A program made the translations under genes and the position numbers. A stretch of DNA of 32,000 nucleotides from NCBI GenBank assembly GCA_021650915.1, contig CP091279.1, forward strand, positions 60,001-92,000. The letters run 5' to 3'. Below, piece by piece: positions 1 through 7,650 of this stretch (position 1 is its first letter; each line of letters begins with the position of its first letter). The notes below the pieces were generated by a model. It searched no databases. It saw only the letters and a program-made list of their open reading frames with translations, and had not been told where the DNA came from. This DNA comes from Candidatus Brocadia sp. (GTDB taxonomy: Bacteria; Planctomycetota; Brocadiia; Brocadiales; Brocadiaceae).

Positions 1-310
1 TCCCTGCTCTTTGAAGAGATGAAAGGGATTGAGAACAACAAAGTATCACCTATGTTATCATCCATCCAGTTTCCGGCGTTCCCTGCTCTTTGAAGAGATG
101 AAAGGGATTGAGACGGTTTACCCAGATACAACCTGCACTCTCACCATACCAACCGTTTCGGTTCAATCGTGGACGATTGAACCAGCCTGGACGGGCAGCC
201 CCAACCGCAGTTCCCTGCTCTTGGGAGAAATGAAAGGGATCGAGGCAGAGGTAGGGGCGTATTGCAATACGCTCCTACCAAAGTTTCCGGTTCTTGGGAA
301 GAGTTGAGAC
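1..310 (+). CRISPR. CRISPR array, leader-distal (trailer) end; 37-nt repeat GTTCCCTGCTCTTTGAAGAGATGAAAGGGATTGAGAC
   Basis: Repeat copies lie at 1-35 (cut by the window edge), 78-114 (perfect) and 210-246 (5 mismatches), with a truncated 28-nt copy at 283-310. Spacers are 36-77 (42 nt), 115-209 (95 nt, anomalous) and 247-282 (36 nt). The 3' end ATTGAGAC resembles the ATTGAAA(C/G) crRNA handle, which sets + orientation. Repeats degenerate toward 310, as expected at a trailer end. cas1 and cas2 follow. Confidence 0.85.
155..193. repeat. Palindromic 39-nt unit GTTTCGGTTCAATCG-TGGA-CGATTGAACCAGCCTGGACG inside the 95-nt inter-repeat interval
   Basis: GGTTCAATCG / CGATTGAACC form a perfect 10-bp inverted repeat. 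A related unit lies at 30917-30955 (about 31 of 39 positions identical by eye), and a GGTTCAAACT-TGT-AGTTTGAACC palindrome lies at 30835-30857. Confidence 0.6.
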
Positions 311-405
311 CCGCGGGGGGGCTTGGAAATTTCATCTGTTTTCTTGTAACTACGCAGCATACTTTTGCCCACAATCACTACGGATAAACAAAATATTGAT
401 TACAG

Positions 406-562
406 AATCCCGAAGGGATGTCATGATTATAGCCTGTTGTTATGCAAGTATGGTGAACCCTGTAGGGGTGGTATAGTATCGCTATTTTCCCGATATTTCA
501 CCCCTACGGGGCTAAATATGCTGGTGTGCTTTTTTCTATAATCATGACATCCCTTCGGGATT
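406..562. mobile_element. MITE-like element, family A, copy 1
   Basis: Perfect 27-bp terminal inverted repeats: AATCCCGAAGGGATGTCATGATTATAG at 406-432 and its exact reverse complement at 536-562. An inner hairpin pairs GTAGGGGTG with CACCCCTAC. It has no coding capacity. A second copy lies at 8573-8941. Weaker similarity extends about 75 nt to the left (about 326-405 versus about 8499-8572). Confidence 0.7.
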
Positions 563-606
563 TTCCGGTCTTGCAGTTTTCGCTGAATAGTTATGTTCTC
601 CTTTAT

Positions 607-652
607 GTTCCCTGTCCGTTAAAAGATCCGAAACACGTAAAGGGTATTCTGC
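607..652 (+). repeat. Degenerate CRISPR-repeat relic
   Basis: GTTCCCTGTCCGTTAAAAGAT...GTAAAGGGTATTC shares the 5' GTTCCCTG and the internal AAAGGGATT-like block with the array repeat, but carries an insertion. It is separated from the array by MITE A. Confidence 0.35.
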
Positions 653-852
653 AGGGAATAGGCAAAAATGAAATAGGGCTGGAATTTCGCCTGGCCTATG
701 GGTATGATAGACCGGATATAGCCTGTGGGGTTGGCATGGGATACAAAAAGACTGTTCCGGCGCTGGGCCTCATGAAAGAGCATGGAGGGGCCTGCTGCCT
801 CTGAAGAGGCAGCATTCTCAACGTCTTCTTTTTTACCGTCAGGAAGTGTGCG

Positions 853-2841
853 GTGGGTGAATATTTTGATGCCTTGTGCGAGCGCTCTGTCATGGATGCC
901 GCATGCCGTCGCGTTATGAAGAAAAAGGCGCGGGGAGGCCTCGACGGGGTAGAAATTGATGATCAGCATACCGACGCAGACAAAATGGTCTCTGCCCTTA
1001 TCAAAGAGCTTCGTACGGGCGCGTATGTGCCGGTGCCGTACGCCAGGGGGGCAATACCGAAATTTGATGAACAGAATCAATGGCGTAAAATCTCATTGCC
1101 TTCGGTGCGGGACAAGGTCGTTCAGCAGGCATTTGTTGAGGCGCTGGGGCCGGTGTTCAACAAAACGTTCCTGGATTGCAGTTATGCCTATCGCGAGGGA
1201 AAAGGTCCCGTCAAGGCCATAAAACGGGTAGAGCACATCCTGCATACGCATCACATCCGGTGGGTGACGACCATGGATATCGACAATTTTTTTGACACCA
1301 TGGATCACGATATTTTCATCGGTGAGTTTACCAAAAAGGTTGCCGAACCGGAGATACTCCAGCTTGTGCGTCTCTGGCTCAAGGCCGGCTGTATCAGCGC
1401 CAGGGGTGACTGGATAGAACCGTATGACGGCATTGCGCAGGGGGCGGTTGTTTCCCCGCTTTTCTCCAATATATACCTTCACCCCCTCGACTGCTTTGCC
1501 ATCGGAAACAACTGCCTCTATGTGCGCTACAGCGACAATCTTATTGTTCTTTCTGAAACAAAAGAGACCTTGTACCTCTGGTACGAACAGCTAAAATCCT
1601 TCCTCGAAGACCGTCTCAGGCTCAGGCTGAACGAAGACCCGTATCCGTTTAAGGACAAAGAACGGGGGTTTGTCTTTTTAGGGATCTTTTTTCAGAACGA
1701 TGTGCGGCAGATAAGCACCGCGAAAGAAACAAACATCTGTCGCAGGATTAACTGGCTCACGGACAAAACGCAGCAAAAAGACCCGGAGATATTCTTGGAG
1801 AAATTCAACAAATGTATCGAAGGGGTGCAGCGATATTATTCCTGTATTGAGCCTCTCAGGCAGTTTGAGATTATTGACCAGCATATCCTGAAGCGTGTTC
1901 GGCCCCTGCTGGATCATTTTTATGAAAGGGGTTGTTTCCCGTCGCGTGACGATCTCAAATCATACATCATGAAGATTCGTTTTCTGGCGACTAAACCGGA
2001 CGATGCACGGCATGCCTTCTGCCGTTCGCTGACGGAAGAGGTCGTGAAAAAGAAAGCGAAGGCAGACGACAAAAATACGGAGGCGAAAACAGCGGCAGAA
2101 GCAGAAAAGGAGAAAGATCAGTCGGGGCTCCAAAAACGGTTTACGGCGCAAAAGAAACGATATTTAAGAAAAGTAGCCGATCATGCAGAACTGATCATTT
2201 CTTCACCGGGGGTTTTTCTCGGAAAGACGGGAGAACGGATTGTTCTCAGAGAGAAGCGGAAGAACATTGCAGAATACCTTTTCTCCAGGATAAAAAATAT
2301 TACGGTAAATACGGCGGGGGTTTCCCTCTCCAGCGATATCATTTTCCGGTGTTCCCGGAGTAAAATTCCCATTACTTTTTATACGCTCAGAGGGATGCCA
2401 TACGCGACGCTGCAAAGTCCTTTACACTCGATGGGCTCAGTTTCTGTATTGCAGATCAGGACGTATGAGACGGAAAAGTCGCTGGTGTTTATTAAAAAGG
2501 TGTTAACCGGCAAGGCGAAAAACCAGATCAATCTCATGAAGTTTTATCTCAGGTCACGAAAAAAGACGCAACCGGAGTTTACCCGGATAACAACAGAAAA
2601 TATTCTCGGGATGAAAAACCTTTTAAAGCAAATGCTGCAATTGGAACATGGCGAGGTGTTCTCGGTTGTCAGGGACCGTATCTTTTCTTTTGAGGGCAGG
2701 ATAAGCGCCCTGTATTGGGAATGCATGAGGCTGCTGGTAGCGCCTGAATTGGGATTTGAAAAGAGGAATCGGTTTCAGGCGCCGGATTTAGTGAATAATA
2801 TGCTGAATTACGGATATGGAATCCTTTATCAAAGGGTGTGA
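853..2841 (+). CDS. cas1: Reverse transcriptase-Cas1 fusion protein: RT domain, charged linker and the N-terminal two thirds of Cas1; ends at an in-frame TGA
   Basis: GTG start. RT motifs present are SLPSVRDKVVQQA, NFFDTMDH, GIAQGAVVSPLFSNIYL and YVRYSDNLIV (the YxDD position). A Lys/Glu/Ala-rich linker follows. Cas1 blocks present are AELIISSPGVFLGKTGERIVL, FEGRISALYWE and NYGYGILY. The Cas1 homology continues in the same frame after the stop at 2839-2841. Confidence 0.9.
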   Translation: MGEYFDALCERSVMDAACRRVMKKKARGGLDGVEIDDQHTDADKMVSALIKELRTGAYVPVPYARGAIPKFDEQNQWRKISLPSVRDKVVQQAFVEALGPVFNKTFLDCSYAYREGKGPVKAIKRVEHILHTHHIRWVTTMDIDNFFDTMDHDIFIGEFTKKVAEPEILQLVRLWLKAGCISARGDWIEPYDGIAQGAVVSPLFSNIYLHPLDCFAIGNNCLYVRYSDNLIVLSETKETLYLWYEQLKSFLEDRLRLRLNEDPYPFKDKERGFVFLGIFFQNDVRQISTAKETNICRRINWLTDKTQQKDPEIFLEKFNKCIEGVQRYYSCIEPLRQFEIIDQHILKRVRPLLDHFYERGCFPSRDDLKSYIMKIRFLATKPDDARHAFCRSLTEEVVKKKAKADDKNTEAKTAAEAEKEKDQSGLQKRFTAQKKRYLRKVADHAELIISSPGVFLGKTGERIVLREKRKNIAEYLFSRIKNITVNTAGVSLSSDIIFRCSRSKIPITFYTLRGMPYATLQSPLHSMGSVSVLQIRTYETEKSLVFIKKVLTGKAKNQINLMKFYLRSRKKTQPEFTRITTENILGMKNLLKQMLQLEHGEVFSVVRDRIFSFEGRISALYWECMRLLVAPELGFEKRNRFQAPDLVNNMLNYGYGILYQRV

Positions 2842-2862
2842 CTGGCAATTCTGAATACAGGA

Positions 2863-3207
2863 ATGAACCCCCACATCAGTTTTCTCCATGCTTTTCAGCC
2901 AAACAAGCCGACTTTGGTGTATGATCTGGTGGAAGAGTACCGCCAGCCGCTGGTTGACCGCCCGGTTTTCAGCCTGTTAACACGGGGCAAAAAAGGAAGT
3001 GATTTGAAACTGGATCAGCAGACCGGCATGCTGAGCAAGGAAACCAGGGAAAAGGTGGTCAAGGCAGTCCTGAAACGATTTTCAGATCTCATTTCTTTTC
3101 GCGGTGAAAAAGTTAAATATGAGGATGTGATCCCGCTTCAGGCAAGAAAGGTGGTGGCCTTCCTGGAAGAAAAGGATTCGTATCTTCCGTTCATTGCGGG
3201 ATATTAG
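2863..3207 (+). CDS. cas1: Cas1 C-terminal segment, in the same frame as 853-2841 (homology resumes at 2842)
   Basis: Contains ISFLHAFQPNKPTLVYDLVEEYRQPLVDRPVF, the Cas1 catalytic His and acidic motif region. 2863-853 = 2010, a multiple of 3. A read-through product spanning 853-3207 would be 784 aa. Confidence 0.85.
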   Translation: MNPHISFLHAFQPNKPTLVYDLVEEYRQPLVDRPVFSLLTRGKKGSDLKLDQQTGMLSKETREKVVKAVLKRFSDLISFRGEKVKYEDVIPLQARKVVAFLEEKDSYLPFIAGY

Positions 3208-3294
3208 GGTATTTCGTGGTCCTGTTTCTGTCCATCGTTTCGGCAAGGCCGTTTTTTGGGAACCTGGAAGGGGTGGCATCGAGAAGGATAAAAA

Positions 3295-3570
3295 ATGTAT
3301 ATGGTAATAGCATATGATATCACGTCTGACCGCAGGCGCAGTAAACTCGTAAAGGTGTTGAAAGATTATGGCACAAGGGTAAATTACAGCGTTTTTGAGT
3401 GTGAAATGGGAAAAGAAGCCCTGGTTGAATTGAAAAAAAAGATCACTGAAATAGTAAACAAAAAAAGAGACAGCGTCCTCTTTTATGAATTGTGCAAAGG
3501 GTGCAGGGGAAAAATGGATTCTATCGGAATGAAAGGGTCAGATGAATCTCACGGCATCATTACTATTTAG
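3295..3570 (+). CDS. cas2: CRISPR-associated endoribonuclease Cas2
   Basis: 91 aa. MYMVIAYDITSDRRRSKLVKVLKDYGTRVNYSVFECEM is a typical Cas2 N-terminus and ferredoxin-like fold signature. It lies directly downstream of cas1. Confidence 0.92.
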   Translation: MYMVIAYDITSDRRRSKLVKVLKDYGTRVNYSVFECEMGKEALVELKKKITEIVNKKRDSVLFYELCKGCRGKMDSIGMKGSDESHGIITI

Positions 3571-3623
3571 TCGATGGTGAAGGGAGGCTGTCGATCCCTT
3601 TCGGCAAGCTGGTTTTCAGGGTG

Positions 3624-3648
3624 CACGGACAAACTTTATCTGTCCGTG
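3624..3648. other. Hairpin between convergent cas2 and bioF (possible bidirectional terminator)
   Basis: CACGGACA-AACTTTATC-TGTCCGTG forms an 8-bp stem with no flanking T-tract. The stem sequence resembles the inner hairpin of repeat family C (GGACAAAC...GTTTGTCC). Confidence 0.3.
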
Positions 3649-3661
3649 TTCACAGGATAAA

Positions 3662-4846
3662 CTAGCCGTGGTTCCCCGTATTTTCACGGGTTAATAGTCC
3701 AATGCATTGCAGCAGGTTCATCAGCCGCCTGATATCATCCTCGCTGTGGGTGGCCATGAGGGATATCCGTAACCGGCTTGTGTTGGGCGGTACCGTCGGT
3801 GGCCGGATTGCAGGGATTAAGATGCCATTTTCGTAGAGTTTGGCCGATAGTTTGGCGGCGTCCTCTGCCGATCCAACAATGAGAGGAATGATGGGGCTTT
3901 CTACTGCGGGGGTATTTGCGAATTTCGATAACCGGGACTTTACCTCGTGAATATTCTTCCATAACCCGTCAATGAGTGACGCATCGTCCCGGATAAGGGT
4001 TAGCCCTGCCAGTGAGGCAGCGCAGACGGCTGGCGGCAGCGCCGTGGTGTAGATAAAGGGGCGGGCCTTGTTTTTTAAAAATGCAATGAGAGGCTTACTC
4101 CCTGCAATAAATCCGCCGATGCTGCCAATCGCCTTGCTCAACGACCCCATAACAACATCGATTTTTCCTTCAAGCCCGCAGTGTTCAATAAAACCTTTCC
4201 CCTGTTTCCCAAACACCCCGGTTGCGTGGGCGTCGTCCACCATGAGCATGGCATCGTATCTCCTGGCAATGTCCGCAGTCTCCGGCAAGGAGGCCGTGTC
4301 GCCATCCATACTAAACACGCTGTCGGTAACGACCAGCTTTCTCCGATACCCTGAAGATCTTTGTAACAATGACGCTAGTTGGCTGACATCCTTGTGCGGA
4401 TAGATACGGAACGTGGCGCCGGAGAGGCGGCAGCCGTCAATGATGCTGGCATGGTTCAGTTTGTCGCCGATGACAATATCTCCTTTTGAGACAAGGGCGC
4501 AGAGGGCGCCCAGGTTCGCCATGTAACCCGTTGGAAATAAGATGGACTCCTCTGTTCCTTTAAATGCTGCAATGGTTTTTTCCAGTTCCTGGTGAAGGGT
4601 CATATTCCCGGAAACCAGCCGCGATGCGCCCGTACCCCATCCGTATTGCCGGATAGCCTCAATGGACGCCTGTTTTACCTTTGGATGGTTGGCGAGTCCG
4701 AGGTAGTTGTTTGAGCAAAACGACAGATACGATCTGCCGTTTATCTGAACACAGGAATCCTGCGCGCCTTCAATCGTTTTGTAATCACGGAGCAAGGCGC
4801 GATTTTGTAATTCCTCTAACTCGCACAAAATAAAATCTTTTTCCAT
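3662..4846 (-). CDS. bioF: 8-amino-7-oxononanoate synthase (KAPA synthase)
   Basis: 394 aa. Shows the PLP alpha-oxoamine synthase pattern: SNNYLGLANHP, GASRLVSGN, DDAH and SLSKAIG (PLP lysine). It lies adjacent to bioB. Confidence 0.9.
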   Translation of the reverse strand: MEKDFILCELEELQNRALLRDYKTIEGAQDSCVQINGRSYLSFCSNNYLGLANHPKVKQASIEAIRQYGWGTGASRLVSGNMTLHQELEKTIAAFKGTEESILFPTGYMANLGALCALVSKGDIVIGDKLNHASIIDGCRLSGATFRIYPHKDVSQLASLLQRSSGYRRKLVVTDSVFSMDGDTASLPETADIARRYDAMLMVDDAHATGVFGKQGKGFIEHCGLEGKIDVVMGSLSKAIGSIGGFIAGSKPLIAFLKNKARPFIYTTALPPAVCAASLAGLTLIRDDASLIDGLWKNIHEVKSRLSKFANTPAVESPIIPLIVGSAEDAAKLSAKLYENGILIPAIRPPTVPPNTSRLRISLMATHSEDDIRRLMNLLQCIGLLTRENTGNHG

Positions 4847-4948
4847 GGTATGAACGTTTTCTTGGTTTTTTTCATGCTCTTATAGGTTTTATCGTCATTC
4901 AGCCTGCATGAGAGGGGCACACGCAACTGACCCGGAAGGTAAACACCA

Positions 4949-5938
4949 TCAGCCCTGATTGCCTGCCAATTGTAATCCCAGGTCTTTGATCATTTGAAAG
5001 TCGTCTTCAACCTTTCTCCCCGTCGTCGTCAGGTAGTTTCCCATCATCGTGCTGTTGGCGCCTGCGTAAAACATCCATGACTGTAAGTCCCTCAGATTCT
5101 TTTCACGGCCACCGGCAATCTTGATTTCTTTGTCAGGCAAAATAAAACGAAAGACGGCGATAATTTTGAGCGCTTCCATGGGCGTCAAAGGAATAGCGTT
5201 CGCCAGGGGTGTTCCGGATACGGGATGTAAAAAATTGAGGGGAACGACGTCCACCTCCAGGCTTTTCAGGGTAAACGCGAGGTCAATGCGATCCTCCCTG
5301 CTCTCTCCCAGTCCAAATATTGCGCCGCTGCAGATTTCTAATCCGGCCTCCTTTGCATACCGAATGGTGTTTACCCGGTCATGAAAGGTATGGGTTGAAC
5401 AAATCCCTGGGAAAAACCTTTCAGACGTCTCCAGGTTGTGGTTGAGCCGTTTTAAGCCGGATTTTACCAAAGATTCTGCCGTTTCTTTTGTCAATGTCCC
5501 GAAGGAGCCGTGGGGCTGGATATGGGAATGCTTTGCCACTTCTTCAATTGCGGCGCAGATACTCCTGAGATCGCGGGCGTTCTTTATTCCATACCCGCTG
5601 GTGACGATGCCGAGGGAGGAAGCTCCGGTCTGTTCGGCGCATTGGGCAACGTCGAGTATTTTGCTGGCGTCAACGAGCGGGAATTCTTCTACTCCGGTGT
5701 GATAACGGGCAGACTGGGAACAAAAACTGCAATCCTCAGTGCATTGCCCTTGTTTGGCGCTGACGATAGAGCACGCCTTCACGGAATGGCCAAAATACCG
5801 CAACCGTATCTGATTAGCCCAATAGAACAGGTCATGGATTTCGTCTCCTTCCCTGTGTATGATAAAAAGGGCGTCTTCCCGGCTGATGGGCTTGTTTTGC
5901 AGGGATTGGTTTGCAATATTTTTTATTGTATCGTTCAT
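4949..5938 (-). CDS. bioB: Biotin synthase (radical SAM)
   Basis: CTEDCSFCSQS is a CxxxCxxC radical-SAM motif and LNHNLETS is a BioB signature. I place the start at MNDTIKN (5938). The ORF-track extension to 6061 runs into MITE G, so it is probably not coding. Confidence 0.9.
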   Translation of the reverse strand: MNDTIKNIANQSLQNKPISREDALFIIHREGDEIHDLFYWANQIRLRYFGHSVKACSIVSAKQGQCTEDCSFCSQSARYHTGVEEFPLVDASKILDVAQCAEQTGASSLGIVTSGYGIKNARDLRSICAAIEEVAKHSHIQPHGSFGTLTKETAESLVKSGLKRLNHNLETSERFFPGICSTHTFHDRVNTIRYAKEAGLEICSGAIFGLGESREDRIDLAFTLKSLEVDVVPLNFLHPVSGTPLANAIPLTPMEALKIIAVFRFILPDKEIKIAGGREKNLRDLQSWMFYAGANSTMMGNYLTTTGRKVEDDFQMIKDLGLQLAGNQG

Positions 5939-6030
5939 TGCCAGGGATCGTGAGCCACGAATGGACGGATATGCCCGTGAATACGGGAAAACATTTCCTT
6001 TGTCCCGCGGTTGCTGATGAAAACAGATAG

Positions 6031-6153
6031 GGAGCATTCCCGATTTTTTGTGAACCCGCAATTTGAAGGAGTAGCGCAGGCATCCTGCCTGCGCTACCGT
6101 ATTCCTCGGCCGTTTTTTGCCTTCCGGGTTTACAAAAAATCGGGAATGCCCCC
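6031..6153. mobile_element. MITE-like element, family G, with target-site duplication
   Basis: About 28-bp TIRs: GGAGCATTCCCGATTTTTTGTGAACCCG at 6031-6058 against CGGGTTTACAAAAAATCGGGAATGCCCC at 6125-6152, with 2 mismatches. An inner perfect 12-bp hairpin GTAGCGCAGGCA-TCC-TGCCTGCGCTAC lies at 6071-6097. The element is flanked by the direct repeat AACAGATAG at 6022-6030 and 6154-6162. Confidence 0.8.
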
Positions 6154-6170
6154 AACAGATAGCCCGATGG

Positions 6171-7196
6171 TTATTTGTTCTTATATTTCAGATAGGAGCT
6201 GCGGACATGCTGCCAAACGATGTCAGGGCGGTCAGACCGGACGTACGTCATACAATCGGCGCCTTCAAAGCTCCATGTGGCGATATTATGAACTCCTGAT
6301 TCATAAGCTACGTCTATAGCGGTGGCAATCTCCTCTTCTCTCTGTGCAGGCACCCGGTAACCCTGTATCCATATCTGCGGCTCCTTTGCATATTTTTTTG
6401 AAAGGTCATGCACCTCGTGGGATACCGACCGCACAAACTCCGTAACGTCCCGTTTATAGGCGTACCAATAGGGGTCGCTTCCAAAGACGTCCATGCTCTT
6501 GATCATGGCAACCTTTTCCCAGTCGTAAACGCCATATCGCGGATCAGTCGTCGGGAACAAGCACACCGCATTTTTTAGCCCTTTTTTTGAGGCCAGGCTT
6601 GCAAGGTATTCGAGGAAATTGACAATGGTCGCCTGGCGGAATGCCTTGACATCGTCAGTAAAATCCACGGGCATCTCATACTGGAGCTGTTGTTTAAAAA
6701 TATCCGCACAGACACCACAGGCGCATCCCCAAATGTCCCTCTTCCTGCCGCCAAATAAGGGAGTAAACTCCCCAAAAAAGAGATGTGGCTCATCCCAAAA
6801 AACGCCTTCCGCGCCTGTCTTTGCGGCGAGTTCAATCCATGCTGCCATGGTGTCGCGGAACGTTTTTGAATTCAGGCATGCCTTGTATACCTTTATTTCA
6901 CCCTCGGTAAAATTTAATTGTTGCCTGCAATGGGGATACGTCTTCACAAAGGTGGAAAATGATTCCCCTCCAAATACGCGCCCAAAGCCCCAGGGATCGA
7001 GGAAAACTTCCAGCCCAGCCTCCTGGCTTGCCTTTACAATATCGGCCATCGTTCCCGCATGGTAGGCAATATCGTGTTCACTCATGGTGTGAACGACAAA
7101 ATTACACCCATCGTCGACCATCTTTTTCATGTCTTCCCGGACGTGGCGCAATATCCTGCTCCCAAAATAACTTGCTCCCAGTTTCATGTTTTTCAT
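6171..7196 (-). CDS. Hypothetical protein, family not recognised (possibly a TIM-barrel or glycoside-hydrolase-like fold)
   Basis: A long ORF in the same orientation as bioB and bioF. The start is uncertain: MKNMKLGASYFG at 7196, or 7187, or TTG at 7265. It has no signal peptide and no motif I can assign. Confidence 0.6.
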   Translation of the reverse strand: MKNMKLGASYFGSRILRHVREDMKKMVDDGCNFVVHTMSEHDIAYHAGTMADIVKASQEAGLEVFLDPWGFGRVFGGESFSTFVKTYPHCRQQLNFTEGEIKVYKACLNSKTFRDTMAAWIELAAKTGAEGVFWDEPHLFFGEFTPLFGGRKRDIWGCACGVCADIFKQQLQYEMPVDFTDDVKAFRQATIVNFLEYLASLASKKGLKNAVCLFPTTDPRYGVYDWEKVAMIKSMDVFGSDPYWYAYKRDVTEFVRSVSHEVHDLSKKYAKEPQIWIQGYRVPAQREEEIATAIDVAYESGVHNIATWSFEGADCMTYVRSDRPDIVWQHVRSSYLKYKNK

Positions 7197-7650
7197 GTTA
7201 TCCGGAGAAGGGCCCGGTGTCAAGAAAATCCACAGGAAAGGCAGGACTGCGTCAGGGATAAGCAATCATGAACAAGGCAGTACAAGACGATTGTAAGCAT
7301 AGAGAAGCAAGGCCTGGTAAACGGAAAGAACGGCCTGATAATAGCTATGGGTTGCTTCTTGCATCAACGTACAGTTTTTCACGCGCCTTCTGCTTAAGCC
7401 TTGTGCGGGATTCGGGTATAGAATTGCTTTTTCGTTGCATCACCGCTAAAATTGAAAAGACCGGCCACAAGCGACCTCGCCGTGCGCCCGGTCGAATGAT
7501 CGGCAGTGTCTTTTTCAAAAAGTTCAGTTGTTACCAATGGCTTGGGATCTAAGAAAAAATATTTTGGTAGAGGAGACATAACCCTGACAGGGTTGACTCG
7601 CTTTTCCGATTCGTTTGGGTTGGGTTGAACATACGGAGGGGGGATATCAC

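Noticed and set aside
793-834. Hairpin TGCTGCCTCT-GA-AGAGGCAGCA followed by a T-rich run, as a terminator for the CRISPR transcript
   Set aside because: The T-tract starts about 12 nt after the stem rather than directly after it. The site is also only 20 nt before the RT-cas1 start. The evidence is not strong enough to annotate.
619-1080. 153-aa minus-strand ORF overlapping the RT-cas1 start, and small ORFs at 29-476
   Set aside because: These overlap the RT-Cas1 coding region, CRISPR repeats or MITE A. None has a motif or a ribosome-binding site.
5939-6061. N-terminal extension of the bioB ORF (MRVHKKSGMLPICF...)
   Set aside because: The extension is read out of MITE G and its flank. The mirror-image peptide (YKKSGMPP) appears on the other strand from the opposite TIR. 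BioB homology begins near MNDTIKN.
7268-7579. 94-aa plus-strand and 61-aa minus-strand ORFs in the divergent region upstream of mobA
   Set aside because: They overlap each other, carry no recognisable motifs and have no convincing RBS. I treat 7266-7650 as a divergent promoter region.
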